Shown piece by piece: positions 28,155-38,428 of a stretch of DNA of 64,000 nt. Both the position numbers and the translations under genes were made by a program. Positions within the stretch are counted from its first letter, which is position 1. Every line of letters starts with the position of its first letter. The DNA is from Cyanobacteria bacterium J06626_6 (GTDB lineage: Bacteria > Cyanobacteriota > Cyanobacteriia > Phormidesmidales > Phormidesmidaceae). The notes beneath the pieces are model-generated. The model searched no databases and was not told where the DNA came from. It saw only the letters and a program-made list of their open reading frames with translations. The stretch spans positions 153 to 64,152 of the forward strand of contig JBCBJS010000025.1 in assembly GCA_038523095.1 (NCBI GenBank), in the 5' to 3' direction.

Positions 28155-29707
28155 CTACAGCCAGCCTGCGCATCGAACTGCCACAGATACATTGCACCGT
28201 ATCCGCGCCAGGGCCGCCAGTCTTCCGCCATTTTTTCAAACTCTCTTTTGCTCACCTCGTAGCCCAGACGCTTTGCTGCTCGCATTAGAGCTAAGTCTCC
28301 CGGTGGTAAAGCATCTGGCTCGTTCAGCGCCCGCATCGCAATGTACTGCGCTGTCCATGGCCCGATACCAGGCAGGGCACAGAGCGTTTTTATGGCAGCG
28401 GGTAGGGTTGTCATATCTTCAAAGAAACGGGGATTTTCTGCAACGATCTGGGCCAGCGTGGAGATGGCCTTTGCCTTCGCCCGAATCAGGCCTACCTGAG
28501 TCAGGTCAGCCGCGGCCAATGCCGCAGGTTTTGGAAATATGCGGTCCAACACGTCAGGACTGCCGGGTGCAGCTAGCTTTTCACCAAATGCGCTCACCAG
28601 TCGGTTAAACACGGTCGTTGCCCCGGCCACGCTCACCTGCTGACCGACAATCGCTCGCACCGATAGCTCAAAGGCATTCCACGCCCCTGGAATTCGCAGG
28701 CCTTGGGCTGTTTGCAGGGGCATTTTTAGCAGGGGCGATCGCGCCAGATGCGACTCCACCACCGCCACGCTCACCCCCACGTCAAACATCCGTCGTAGCT
28801 GCACCATGATCTTCCCGATTTGCCCTACCTGCGGAAAGCCTATCTCCACCTGCAAGTAGGGCTTGTTGGCTACAGGCATTACGCTCACCCACCCCTGCTG
28901 AGCGTCTATTTCTATGCTTCTACAGTACGAGTTGGGCGTTGCGACCTCTACATCGATAACGCTCCGAGGCTGCCAAAATCCCATTAGCGCATCCCAGTTG
29001 TAAGGCTCACTCACCGGTAATTTCAGAGTGATCGGCTGAAGTGATTGAGAGCCTACAATTTCTCGTTTGGAGACTGTTACAGCAGGCCGATTGCCACTGC
29101 GGAAAGAAGAAGGCGATCGCCCGTAGGTCTGCAAAAATGCGCTGTTAAAGCTGCGAATGCTCTTGAACCCAGCCGACATTGCCACATCGGTCATTTTCAG
29201 TGGCGTTTCATCTATCAGGCGCTTGGCAAATAGCAGTCGCCGTGTCTTGGCGACCTGCCCAGGGGACGCGCCCACATACTGGGCAAACTGCTGACGAAGG
29301 GTGCGATCGCTCACCTTCAGCCGCGCTGCCAGCGCCGCCACCGATTCCTCATCCAAAGCCCCCGCCTCAATCAATCGCAGGGCTTTCGCCACCACCGTCT
29401 TGGTTCCATTCGCCGTACAAGCTACCTCATCCGATGCAGGCGCTAGCTCAGGCCGACAGCGCAAGCAGGGCCGGTAGCCTGCATGCTGCGCAGCGCCCGC
29501 ACTCAGGTAAAAGGTGCAGTTCTCAAACTTGGGGAGCCGCGCCGGGCATATAGGTCGGCAGAACACCCCCGTCGTCTTCACGCCGACAAAAAAGCGACCA
29601 TCAAATCGGCGGTCATTCGCCTGCATTGCCTGATAGCAAACCTGTGCATCTAACCCGTTCATTGCATCTGTTTGTAATCTGTACTTTAAACCCGTCTTTA
29701 AAGCCAT
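28151..29707 (-). CDS. alkA: Ada-AlkA fusion (Ada Zn/AraC domain plus DNA-3-methyladenine glycosylase II)
   Basis: DRRFDGRFFVGVKTTGVFCRPIC, GYRPCLRCRPE, AraC HTH, GQQVSV, HhH LPGIGPWTA. Confidence 0.93.
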   Translation of the reverse strand: MALKTGLKYRLQTDAMNGLDAQVCYQAMQANDRRFDGRFFVGVKTTGVFCRPICPARLPKFENCTFYLSAGAAQHAGYRPCLRCRPELAPASDEVACTANGTKTVVAKALRLIEAGALDEESVAALAARLKVSDRTLRQQFAQYVGASPGQVAKTRRLLFAKRLIDETPLKMTDVAMSAGFKSIRSFNSAFLQTYGRSPSSFRSGNRPAVTVSKREIVGSQSLQPITLKLPVSEPYNWDALMGFWQPRSVIDVEVATPNSYCRSIEIDAQQGWVSVMPVANKPYLQVEIGFPQVGQIGKIMVQLRRMFDVGVSVAVVESHLARSPLLKMPLQTAQGLRIPGAWNAFELSVRAIVGQQVSVAGATTVFNRLVSAFGEKLAAPGSPDVLDRIFPKPAALAAADLTQVGLIRAKAKAISTLAQIVAENPRFFEDMTTLPAAIKTLCALPGIGPWTAQYIAMRALNEPDALPPGDLALMRAAKRLGYEVSKREFEKMAEDWRPWRGYGAMYLWQFDAQAGCS

Positions 29708-29892
29708 ATCTAAGCTGAGAGCCAGCGGTAGAATTCACTACTTGCTGGCCCTCAGCTTAGGCAACTTGGTCAGTACATGCTAGTACTTTTCGGCATTAGA
29801 TATTCTGCAGGATTTGCTCCGCAAAGGTTCGTTCTGCAGAGTCTATCTTGAAAGACTTGCTCTGCAAGATCCGTCCAATTTTCGGTGCAGCA

Positions 29893-30087
29893 CTACGCCA
29901 CTTCATGACCTACAGCAGCAATCGCCTGCTTCACAGAAGCTTCAGACATGCCAGAATCGACTTCTACCGTTTTCTGGTCAACATCGACATTCACCTTTGC
30001 CTCAGCGTCGTGAACCCTGATCTCTTTTGTGATGGTGTCAGCACAGCCTTCACACTTAATAGAAGGCACATTTAGCGTCATACTCAT
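29893..30087 (-). CDS. Heavy-metal-associated (Atx1/CopZ-like) chaperone
   Basis: LNVPSIKCEGCADTI, 64 aa, GGAGA RBS. The longer ORF-track start is unlikely. Confidence 0.85.
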   Translation of the reverse strand: MSMTLNVPSIKCEGCADTITKEIRVHDAEAKVNVDVDQKTVEVDSGMSEASVKQAIAAVGHEVA

Positions 30088-30269
30088 AGACAGTATCTCC
30101 AGTTGTTTTCCGATTTCAACAGTGTTGATCTTACTGCGCAACGTCGGCTCCCAGGGCGATGTTTGAGCAGTTTGGCCAGGTTTGTAGCCAAAGACTGATG
30201 TGCGTGTCAATCTAAAGAGATAGACCTGAGGAAATATTTCGAAAGAGATAGCTTGCAAGAGAATTCTGG

Positions 30270-31625
30270 CTACAAGCCGCCAACAAATCGTCCTGGGCTC
30301 AGCAGCCTTTGCGGATCGAACTTTGCCTTAATATCGCCCATCACCTTCAGCGCAGTCCCACGATATCCCCACACATCCATAGACTGCTTGAGCGCAACGG
30401 GCGCTTGGAGCACCGTCAAAAATCCGCCGTTATTTTGACAGTGCGATCGCACCTCTTCGATCTCTGCTTTCAAAGTTTCTATCCCCTCCCCACGCTTCCA
30501 CTGCACCCAGCCCAGTCCGCTGCTGCTATGCGCTAGCCCCTTACAGCCCGACGCTGCAAATTTCTCCAATAGTGTCAACAATGCAGGCAGCGCGCTGGGC
30601 CGCATGCCCACTTTGCACAGCACCGTATGCGGTTCTATCAGCCCGCTCACCCGCCGCCAAAAAGCAGTATCTGCTTCACCCTCCAGCTGCTGATAGTCCA
30701 AACTGTGGAATTTTCCCACCTTCTGCAACCGCTCGGTCTGCTCTTCTACCCCAGCTGAAATCCCTTGAAATCGGGCGATTAGGGCCATATGACTTGTCGG
30801 TGCTGATGGCGTTAGTCCCGCCATCAGCGCTGCTGCCGTATCTGCCAGGGTTAAATCCAGAGCAATCGGCGTCAGGCCAGACATTCGCACCTCAGTGATC
30901 GCTTGCGCCACCGCCTGCACACTCCCCGATAGCACTATCGTCCGCGACGCTGCCTGCACGGGATACAGCCGAAACGTCAGCTCACTCAGAATGCCTAAGC
31001 TGCCATAGGCACCTGTCATGAGCTTCATCAGGTCATAGCCCGCCACATTTTTGACCACCCGGCCACCGGCCCTAGCCACCTCGCCGTCGTAGCGTACAAA
31101 CTGCACGCCAATCAACATATCTCGCAGCCCGCCATAGCGCTGCCTTAGCGAGCCTGCATCGGCAGTCGCCACGATGCCACCCACCGTCGCCGTCGCCGCA
31201 AAAGCCGGGTCCACCGCCAAAAATTGCCGCTGCTCAGCCAGCAGCGCCTGCAGATCTGCAAACCGCATTCCAGACTCCACCGTTACCGTAAAGTCACCCA
31301 CGGCGTGCTCCATCACCCGGTTTAGCCTCGCGGTACTCAAGGCGATGTCGGCGCCTTCGGCCAAACCGCCCCAGCCCAGCTTGCTACCTGCCCCCATGGG
31401 CAGCACCCGCCAGCCATTCTCAGCGGCCAGTGCCATCACCTGCCCGAGCGCCACCGTCGTACCCGGAGAAACCAAGCACGCTGGTAGCGATTCTTTTGCA
31501 TCGGAGCTGGTGCCAGAAAGTGCTAGGGCGCTCTCAATCTGGCGCTGCAGCTCGTGGTCAATAGAGTCCCAGGTAGCAACAGCAGCCTGACCCAAGGCAT
31601 CTATCAACCGCGCTTGAATTTCCAT
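30270..31625 (-). CDS. glcE: FAD-binding oxidoreductase, glycolate oxidase GlcE-like subunit
   Basis: GAGSKLGWG, DFTVTVESG, TVGGIVA, GGRVVKNVAGYDL, KAKFDPQRLLSPGRF. Confidence 0.85.
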   Translation of the reverse strand: MEIQARLIDALGQAAVATWDSIDHELQRQIESALALSGTSSDAKESLPACLVSPGTTVALGQVMALAAENGWRVLPMGAGSKLGWGGLAEGADIALSTARLNRVMEHAVGDFTVTVESGMRFADLQALLAEQRQFLAVDPAFAATATVGGIVATADAGSLRQRYGGLRDMLIGVQFVRYDGEVARAGGRVVKNVAGYDLMKLMTGAYGSLGILSELTFRLYPVQAASRTIVLSGSVQAVAQAITEVRMSGLTPIALDLTLADTAAALMAGLTPSAPTSHMALIARFQGISAGVEEQTERLQKVGKFHSLDYQQLEGEADTAFWRRVSGLIEPHTVLCKVGMRPSALPALLTLLEKFAASGCKGLAHSSSGLGWVQWKRGEGIETLKAEIEEVRSHCQNNGGFLTVLQAPVALKQSMDVWGYRGTALKVMGDIKAKFDPQRLLSPGRFVGGL

Positions 31626-31723
31626 GCCGTTATATCGTCCGTTTTTTGCTCTCCAAAAGCTTACCGGATCGCGTTTGGCCGAATGAGGTGCGTAGGTTAA
31701 ATTCAAGCGCGGTTCGGTACTGC

Positions 31724-32521
31724 TTATTCAATTCCAATAGCGACGGGGCCACTTGCTGGGGCAGAGGCGGTGGGTCCAGTACGCGGCTTACGAAAATCGG
31801 CATAGAGGCGATCGCGCCATGTCCAGAAGACTTCGTATTCGGGCACATCCGCCAGACCCGGTACACCCTTACCACCGATTCCTGCAGGTAGATCCAGATA
31901 GAGTGCGGTCGGAAACTTCAAATACATAGAAAGCCCTGCCACTGCAAAATCTGCCAGCGTAGGCTGATCGCCGCACAGATAGGGCTGCGTGCTCAAAATC
32001 AAACACAGCGACTCCAAGTCCTGACGGAGAATATCGGTGGCGGACTTCACCGCATCTCCCCCGAAGCCAACGCCAGTGCCAAGCAAGCTCAGCAAATCGC
32101 TGGGCACCGAACCCACTACATTTTTCACGACCTCCGGCGTGGAGAGCGGCAGCAGCGCTGTACGGAAGTTAGGATGCTGGTTGAACGCGCCGATCATCGC
32201 TTTTCGCGCATTCAGGCCGATCGATTCATCGGCCCAAGCTTCCATCATTAAGCAGAGCCCCTTTTGCTTGGCATCGGCTGGAATGATAGGCCTTTCAGGA
32301 TATTTTTCGTCTAGGTAGCGAGCGATCGCAGTCGAATCAGGTACGACTTCATCGCCATCTTTTAGCACCGGCACCTGCCGCTGACCCGACAGTCTATAGA
32401 GGTCTATCTGGCCAATGCCAGGGGAAACTTCAATGGTTTTGTAGGACAGTTGCTTGTAATCCAGTACCAGCCGTACCTTTTCGCAATAGTGAGACGCTTC
32501 AAACTGGTGCAGCTCTAACAT
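31724..32521 (-). CDS. Glutathione S-transferase family protein
   Basis: QFEASHYCEKVR, QVPVL, DSTAIARYL, PTLADFAVAG. Confidence 0.9.
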   Translation of the reverse strand: MLELHQFEASHYCEKVRLVLDYKQLSYKTIEVSPGIGQIDLYRLSGQRQVPVLKDGDEVVPDSTAIARYLDEKYPERPIIPADAKQKGLCLMMEAWADESIGLNARKAMIGAFNQHPNFRTALLPLSTPEVVKNVVGSVPSDLLSLLGTGVGFGGDAVKSATDILRQDLESLCLILSTQPYLCGDQPTLADFAVAGLSMYLKFPTALYLDLPAGIGGKGVPGLADVPEYEVFWTWRDRLYADFRKPRTGPTASAPASGPVAIGIE

Positions 32522-33036
32522 GGATAATCTTCCTTATTTTGGCAAAATATCAGTAAATACCGAAGGCGCTACATCGCGCTGAATACAAAGTTTTAACCTT
32601 TCTACACGGAGCAGCAATTCACCGATTTCAGTCGGCTGACCGTATCTTGGCGCGTTTACAACCAACAAACATCTACCTAGGTATAAACATTGTGTTTTTC
32701 AAGTTATTCGATACACTTTGTAAAAGCTTAATGAACTTTAGTTAACACTTTTGCCATTGAGTAATCACCTGTGAGGGGTGAGACCCTCTCGGAGCAAGAC
32801 GTTTCGCCCGCGGGCTGACGGCATTAGCGGTCAGTATATTCGCTCGAAATGTCGCCAAAGATACAAAGTATTTGGTGAGCGCAGCCGACCAGCAGGCGCT
32901 TTCTGTTCGGTTGATCGGTACTAGACGCTAGGGAACTTGCCCGCGCAGCACAGCGCTGGCATCGAACTTGGCAGAAAGCAACCATGAAATACACCTATAC
33001 CAAGACAGCTCACAAGGACTTTAATAATGAGGATCT

Positions 33037-34224
33037 ATGCAAGCTAACACTACTTCTCGCTTTATCAAGAACGTCATGCTTGGCCTCGTGGCCAGCAGTG
33101 CCGGTGCCTTCGTTGCCCTACCAGGAGCGGCAATGCCCGGACCTTCGGAAACAGGTGCCGCAGTTGAGGCTCCGGTCGAAGCTATTGACTCTGTCCCCGC
33201 GCCCGTCGCTGAAGAGGCGCTACCAGTGCCTGCAGAAGCGGAAGCAGTAGAGGCGGATGCGGTGGACACCGACGTTGTTACTGAAGCCGACGCGTTAGAA
33301 GAAGAGCCCGTTGCTGAAGAAGCGATGGCCGAGGAAGAGCCCATTGCTGAAGAAGCGATGGCTGAGGAAGAGCCCGTTGCTGAAGAAGCGATGGCCGAGG
33401 AAGAGCCCATTGCTGAAGAAGCGATGGTCGAAGAAGAGCCCGTTGCTGAGACAGAGGCGGCCCCTGTAGATGCTGAGACCGTTGAGGCTGCAGACATTGA
33501 GGCATTAGACGAAGAGGCTATTGAGGCTTCCGACACCATGGACGGTGAGCCCATGGTTGAAGAGCCTATGGTTGAAGAGCCCATGGTTGAAGAGCCTATG
33601 GTTGAAGAGCCTACGGTCGACGAAACCCCGGTCGCTGAAGAGGACATGCCCGAAGAGGCACCTGTGGTTGAAGAGCCTGCAGCCGAGGAAGAGCCCGTTG
33701 CTGAAGAAGAAGCCACTGAGCCGGTTGCTGAAGGTGAAGAAATCAATACAGAAGATTTCACTATCGCCGAACTCACCGACAGCAGTGACTCCTTCAATAC
33801 GCTAGCAGCTGCGCTTGCCGCCGCTGACCTCACCGAAATCCTTGGTGGTGAAGGCCCTTACACTGTCTTTGCACCTACCGATGAAGCGTTTGAGGCACTT
33901 CCCGAGGGCGCTGTCGATCAGCTACTCCTGCCTGAAAACAAGGACGTTTTGGTTCAGGTTTTGACCTATCACGTGGTGCCTGGTGCCATTATGTCTGCCG
34001 ACTTAGAACCCGGCGAAGTGGCCACTGTTGAAGGTAGCGAGCTCACGGTAGATATCACCGACACCGTTACTGTCAACAATGCAAACGTTGTACTAGCTGA
34101 TGTAGAAGCTAGCAATGGCGTTATCCACATTATTGACCGCGTTATCATTCCGCCTTCTCCTGAAGCAGACGCCTCTTCTGAAGAGATTGCCATCCAAGAT
34201 GCTGATTCTGTAGAGACAGAATAG
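33037..34224 (+). CDS. Secreted fasciclin (FAS1) domain protein with long acidic repeat region
   Basis: Signal peptide; YTVFAPTDEAF, LTYHVVPG, NGVIHIIDRV; GAGGA RBS. Confidence 0.92.
   Translation: MQANTTSRFIKNVMLGLVASSAGAFVALPGAAMPGPSETGAAVEAPVEAIDSVPAPVAEEALPVPAEAEAVEADAVDTDVVTEADALEEEPVAEEAMAEEEPIAEEAMAEEEPVAEEAMAEEEPIAEEAMVEEEPVAETEAAPVDAETVEAADIEALDEEAIEASDTMDGEPMVEEPMVEEPMVEEPMVEEPTVDETPVAEEDMPEEAPVVEEPAAEEEPVAEEEATEPVAEGEEINTEDFTIAELTDSSDSFNTLAAALAAADLTEILGGEGPYTVFAPTDEAFEALPEGAVDQLLLPENKDVLVQVLTYHVVPGAIMSADLEPGEVATVEGSELTVDITDTVTVNNANVVLADVEASNGVIHIIDRVIIPPSPEADASSEEIAIQDADSVETE
33301..33621 (+). repeat. Intragenic repeats: 33 bp x about 4.7 (EEPVAEEAMAE) and 15 bp x5 (EPMVE)
   Basis: 33-mers from 33301 to 33456; 15-mers from 33547 to 33621. 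Confidence 0.9.
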
Positions 34225-34500
34225 TCTGAATGGGCGGAGGTGAAGCAACTCCAGTCTGCGAACTTCCCATCAGGCCTGCCCTGATGATGAGAAGAGGGCA
34301 ACCGTCATGGTCGGCTTTACTAATGAGTTAGAAAGCGGACCATGCTGAGCCGCCTAATTGCCAAAGGGTGCATCTGATTAGGTAATCGGGCGGCTAGACT
34401 GCTAAATCAGCATCCTAGGTGCTACACCCTCAGTATCTAAGGGTGATGTTATGTAAAAACGCTTGTGTAGTTACATTCTCACGATTGTCTTGTGTTTATT

Positions 34501-34530
34501 ACCCCCTCGAGCCAGCCGGTTCGAGGGGGT
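34501..34530. terminator. Stem-loop between convergent genes
   Basis: ACCCCCTCGA / TCGAGGGGGT 10-bp stem followed by TTCTT. Confidence 0.6.
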
Positions 34531-34577
34531 TTCTTATGGCTTGTTTCCTTGTGGCTTGTTGCCGGTAGCTTGTATAG

Positions 34578-35354
34578 CTAACCTAGGGCCTTGCAAGCTG
34601 TGTTCGGCGCAGGAGCGGTCTCGACCCTTACGTTCTCAAATCCTGCGCTCTGCAACAGCTGAGTCACCACTAGCTCTGCCCGGTCGCTGGCCTGACCCAA
34701 AATGTCCTGCTCGCAGGCTGCCTGCTCTATTTTTACCAGGGCTTCTTTTTGCGCTAGGGCCTGCAGCTCGGGTGCCCGATCTGGCCCCAGATTAAAGAAG
34801 CCCCGGCTGTAGTCGTACACATTGGAGCGCTCGACATCGATTTTGGTGTCGATGAGCTTAGGGGCAGGTAGCTGCAATTGAATCTCTTTGTCGGTTTCGG
34901 AGGTGGTGACGTCGCTGACGCTCAGGCCTTCTAGGTCCACACCTGCTCGGACTTCGCCATAGGCCACATACAGTAGGTTCGTTTGACCAATGGTAACTTC
35001 ACCGAGCTTGCGATCGCTCTGAGCAGGCACCACCGCTTCCATCGTAAAGACCGCCGTCGTCAGTTCGCTCACTTCACGCACCTGCTCCACCACCACCGTA
35101 CGAATATCTACTTTTTCCTCAGGGGGTTTGGGCGTCAGCGCCAGCTTCACAGCCTCGAAAAACTGCCCGCCCGTCCGCAAAAAAGCAAACAGCGCCAGGC
35201 TACCCAGCATGACTGCGCCGCCCGTGGTAGAAATAGCTATTAGCTGAAGAACTCGCACAAGGGGCGATCGCGTACTTTTTTCTGAGGTGCGATCGCGCCG
35301 ACTTCTAGACGACACAGACTTTCGACGGTAGGGCTCACGGGTTCGGGTCTTCAT
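34578..35354 (-). CDS. DUF4230 domain protein
   Basis: SELTTA, YGEVRAGVDL, LPAPKLIDTKID, A.EQDIL..A..RA. Confidence 0.85.
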   Translation of the reverse strand: MKTRTREPYRRKSVSSRSRRDRTSEKSTRSPLVRVLQLIAISTTGGAVMLGSLALFAFLRTGGQFFEAVKLALTPKPPEEKVDIRTVVVEQVREVSELTTAVFTMEAVVPAQSDRKLGEVTIGQTNLLYVAYGEVRAGVDLEGLSVSDVTTSETDKEIQLQLPAPKLIDTKIDVERSNVYDYSRGFFNLGPDRAPELQALAQKEALVKIEQAACEQDILGQASDRAELVVTQLLQSAGFENVRVETAPAPNTACKALG

Positions 35355-35660
35355 AGGTGACAGGCAGGCAGCAGCTAAGTCTCAGATGGTTCTATCTTAG
35401 TGAACTTTCCCATCAGCCCGCTTACCCGCTATGCCGGTTGACCGCAGCTCAGATGGCAGCTAGATGGCAGTTGGATGACAGTTTGACATCAGTTACGTTA
35501 TTTCTACATTAAACTTCGACATTCACCAACCGTGCTACCTGGCGAATACACAGCAGCCCTTACCCAAAAGCCTACGAAGCTTTACGGCAACCAGCAACCT
35601 GTAGCAAGGCGCTTTGCTACAGGTCCCGGTAAATAACCGCGAAGACTTATCCCTTACCGG

Positions 35661-36014
35661 CTACTCACAATCTTCAAAAAATTCATCCTCATAAATAGCA
35701 ACGCCATCGTCCTCAAATTGATCTAGCCCTTCATCAGTTAGCTCACCTTCCCCAATCACAATAATATCGTTCTCAAACAGTTCTTGTATTTCTTCATCGG
35801 AGTAATCTTGTTCATTTTCAACCAAGAGATAGAGAACGTCTCTCGCAATCAATGTAGAGTCTACATCTGAGCTAACGACAGTCGCTGCAGCCGGATGACT
35901 AGCAAAGTCTATAACACCCGGGCCAACCACTGTCCTGGCAGCTGGCGTATTGGCAAAATCCCTAGGCAAAAAGCCATAAGCACCAGCTGTCAGGGAAAGA
36001 AATCGAGTGTCCAT
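35661..36014 (-). CDS. Hypothetical highly acidic protein
   Basis: 117 aa from ATG 36014 with GGGAGA RBS; 23 of the last 52 residues are D/E. Confidence 0.65.
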   Translation of the reverse strand: MDTRFLSLTAGAYGFLPRDFANTPAARTVVGPGVIDFASHPAAATVVSSDVDSTLIARDVLYLLVENEQDYSDEEIQELFENDIIVIGEGELTDEGLDQFEDDGVAIYEDEFFEDCE

Positions 36015-36486
36015 ACTGTCTCCCAAAAAGTTGTTTGTTGTTTGAGATGTTCCAAGAAATTAGAACACCTCAAATTTAAGCAACACCAACAAAACAAACC
36101 TGAAGCAAATGTCATGTTTGTAACTAGCCCAAACGACTCAGGCACTAGCATTACTTTTTACCCTGGCACCAGCAAAATAGGCACAACGTCATAGCCGCCT
36201 AGCCCCTGTGGTTCGAGAAACATGTGTCATTCGCTACCCCCCGTGCTGATATGCCCTTTTTTACAAGCTTGTCTCAGCACCTTCCTGCGAGCCTTTCCGC
36301 CCAGCTCGCCCGCGCCCTACTCCCGTCATAGCCACAAAGACTGAGCATTTGTCATCATCTTATGACCAGTTGGCCGATGCCAACGCCATTACTGCCTCAC
36401 CACAATGGCAGATGGCACAACCCCAAATCAGAACGTTCTACCGCAGCCATAATCGCGCTCATCACCCCTAAAAAAACAATAAGCGA

Positions 36487-38166
36487 ATGAATAAACCCCA
36501 CACGTTTGTTCGCAGAACAAGCAAGGCAATCATCTGGGTTGCCCTAGGACTTCTCTGCGCCTGCAACAGTACCCCTATTCCCCAAAACGCTTCCACAGAA
36601 GACAACACCACTTCCCAAACACCGCCCCTATCCCTCTGCCCACCACGCCCCGAGGCCCTTCCCGTCGAAACAACCCAAAAAGAAATCGACAAACGAACCT
36701 ATGTCTTTGGCCGATTCGACTACGCCCCCAGAAAAATCCTCCTCCAAGAGAACACAATCCATTTCCAAGCCAGAGAATACGACTTCGTACACTGCCTAAC
36801 GGACGGTACTTGGACCGTGCAGCCTGGGACCCTCGGCGACGAATGGATAGTAGCTCGCAGCGCGAAATTTACCGACAGGCCAGACTTCTCCAACCTAGAA
36901 GTCGATGGAGAAACCTACCAGTACCGGGTTGTCCGCACCCCCCATCCGCCTACCAACGCCGCCTACAAATCCGTCGTTTTAGAACTCTTAATCCCCGGAG
37001 AAGAGACCCCTCAAGAGCACACCCTATACACCTTAGAAGATCTTCAACAGGCCAGCGGCAGCTCCGATATGGGCCCAGCCAACAAACTCGGCATTCCCCA
37101 TATCACCACCGCCATCTTCCATCGCGATCGCCTGTGGTGGACAGTTGCCTTCGAACAAGGCGAAGGCAATGGCGGTATCGCCACCATCATCAGCTACGAC
37201 CCAGCGACCAGAGAGATTATACTCATCCAGCCAGACGAACTGTGGTCCCAGCAAATTCTGAATTTGGCCTTTACTGGAAGTCCAGAACAGCCCACCCTAT
37301 GGATGGGAACAAAGCGGAGCAGCAAAGGCACCAGTGACGTACCAGCAGCCGGGCTAGTATCTTACCAACCAGCTTCTTTAGCAGAGCTAGACACTGGCAG
37401 AGTGCAATCCTACACCCCCTACAACAGTCCTTTGATTGGCGCGATTCCCACTCAGCTTGCGGTGAGCGGTGAACAGCTCTGGGTCGGGACGCGTAACGGC
37501 GTCTGTGCGCTAGGTTGGCAAGCGCCAACAGTCTCTGCTAGCTGGGACTGCTGGCAGTTTGTAACCAAAGCGATCGCATCCCCTAACGCCCAGTCCATGC
37601 AGTCTATCCCCGTATACCCATCCCGGCTTAGCCAGACTCCTGCAGCGGCGATTCCGGTTGCCCCTAACCAGGAAATAGCAGACGTCCTGTGGTGGATGCT
37701 AGCAGATAGTAGCTCCCAACAGGGACGCTACGAGGTGACCTTAGAACAGGGTTTGGAAGCAGCCATAGAACAAGGCGCATCACCAATGAGCGGACCGCAG
37801 TGGGTTGAGACACCAGGCCAGGTGCCGATGTTTTGGCCAGGGTACTGGTGGCACTGGCAGGGCGATCGCTTCGTCCGTCCGCTGGACCACCATTTGAATA
37901 ATTGGATCGCAGGCGATCGCGGCATCGGTCCCCACCAGCAGACGACTTCGATTAATGACTGGTACGCCATGAGAGGAGAGTTAGAGCTGCTAGAGCTCTC
38001 AGCAGAATCGACCCGGGTAAAGCACTATTCCGGCTGGGTAGACGACACCTTGTTACTTCCATTTCCAGCTGTTGTAGATCCCCCAGGGGGGCCTTCACAA
38101 TCGCCAGAACCCACGCCGAATCCACTCATTGAATTCAACCGTCAGATCAAAGCTGAAACGGAATAG
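36487..38166 (+). CDS. Hypothetical lipoprotein, probable beta-propeller
   Basis: Lipobox LLCAC; repeated LWMGT / LWVGTRNG / LWWT blade-like motifs. Confidence 0.75.
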   Translation: MNKPHTFVRRTSKAIIWVALGLLCACNSTPIPQNASTEDNTTSQTPPLSLCPPRPEALPVETTQKEIDKRTYVFGRFDYAPRKILLQENTIHFQAREYDFVHCLTDGTWTVQPGTLGDEWIVARSAKFTDRPDFSNLEVDGETYQYRVVRTPHPPTNAAYKSVVLELLIPGEETPQEHTLYTLEDLQQASGSSDMGPANKLGIPHITTAIFHRDRLWWTVAFEQGEGNGGIATIISYDPATREIILIQPDELWSQQILNLAFTGSPEQPTLWMGTKRSSKGTSDVPAAGLVSYQPASLAELDTGRVQSYTPYNSPLIGAIPTQLAVSGEQLWVGTRNGVCALGWQAPTVSASWDCWQFVTKAIASPNAQSMQSIPVYPSRLSQTPAAAIPVAPNQEIADVLWWMLADSSSQQGRYEVTLEQGLEAAIEQGASPMSGPQWVETPGQVPMFWPGYWWHWQGDRFVRPLDHHLNNWIAGDRGIGPHQQTTSINDWYAMRGELELLELSAESTRVKHYSGWVDDTLLLPFPAVVDPPGGPSQSPEPTPNPLIEFNRQIKAETE

Positions 38167-38428
38167 TCCCTAAACGCAAAACGGCATCGCGATAAAACGG
38201 CAGACGATGAACAGAAGCTCGATGGGTGCGATCGCAAATTTGTTAAGAGTTATCACAACAGCTATTCAACCTGTTTCTGAATCCGAAGTGCTCTTTATTA
38301 TTTAGCAGGCACAGATGCTTCAGAACGCGCAGAAACAAGCAGAAATATCCTGACTTCGGCCAATTCGTCAGCTCTGAAATAGCTTTTTCAAGACCCCTTT
38401 AAAGATACTTTTTCAGTGAAGAGAGACA

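Noticed and set aside
29767-29785. AGTAC-N6-GTACT upstream of ada-alkA as a LexA box
   Set aside because: Spacing does not fit the cyanobacterial RGTAC-N3-DGTWCB consensus.
33021-33833. 270-aa Ser/Ala-rich antisense ORF
   Set aside because: Shadow of the Glu/Ala-rich fasciclin repeats on the opposite strand.
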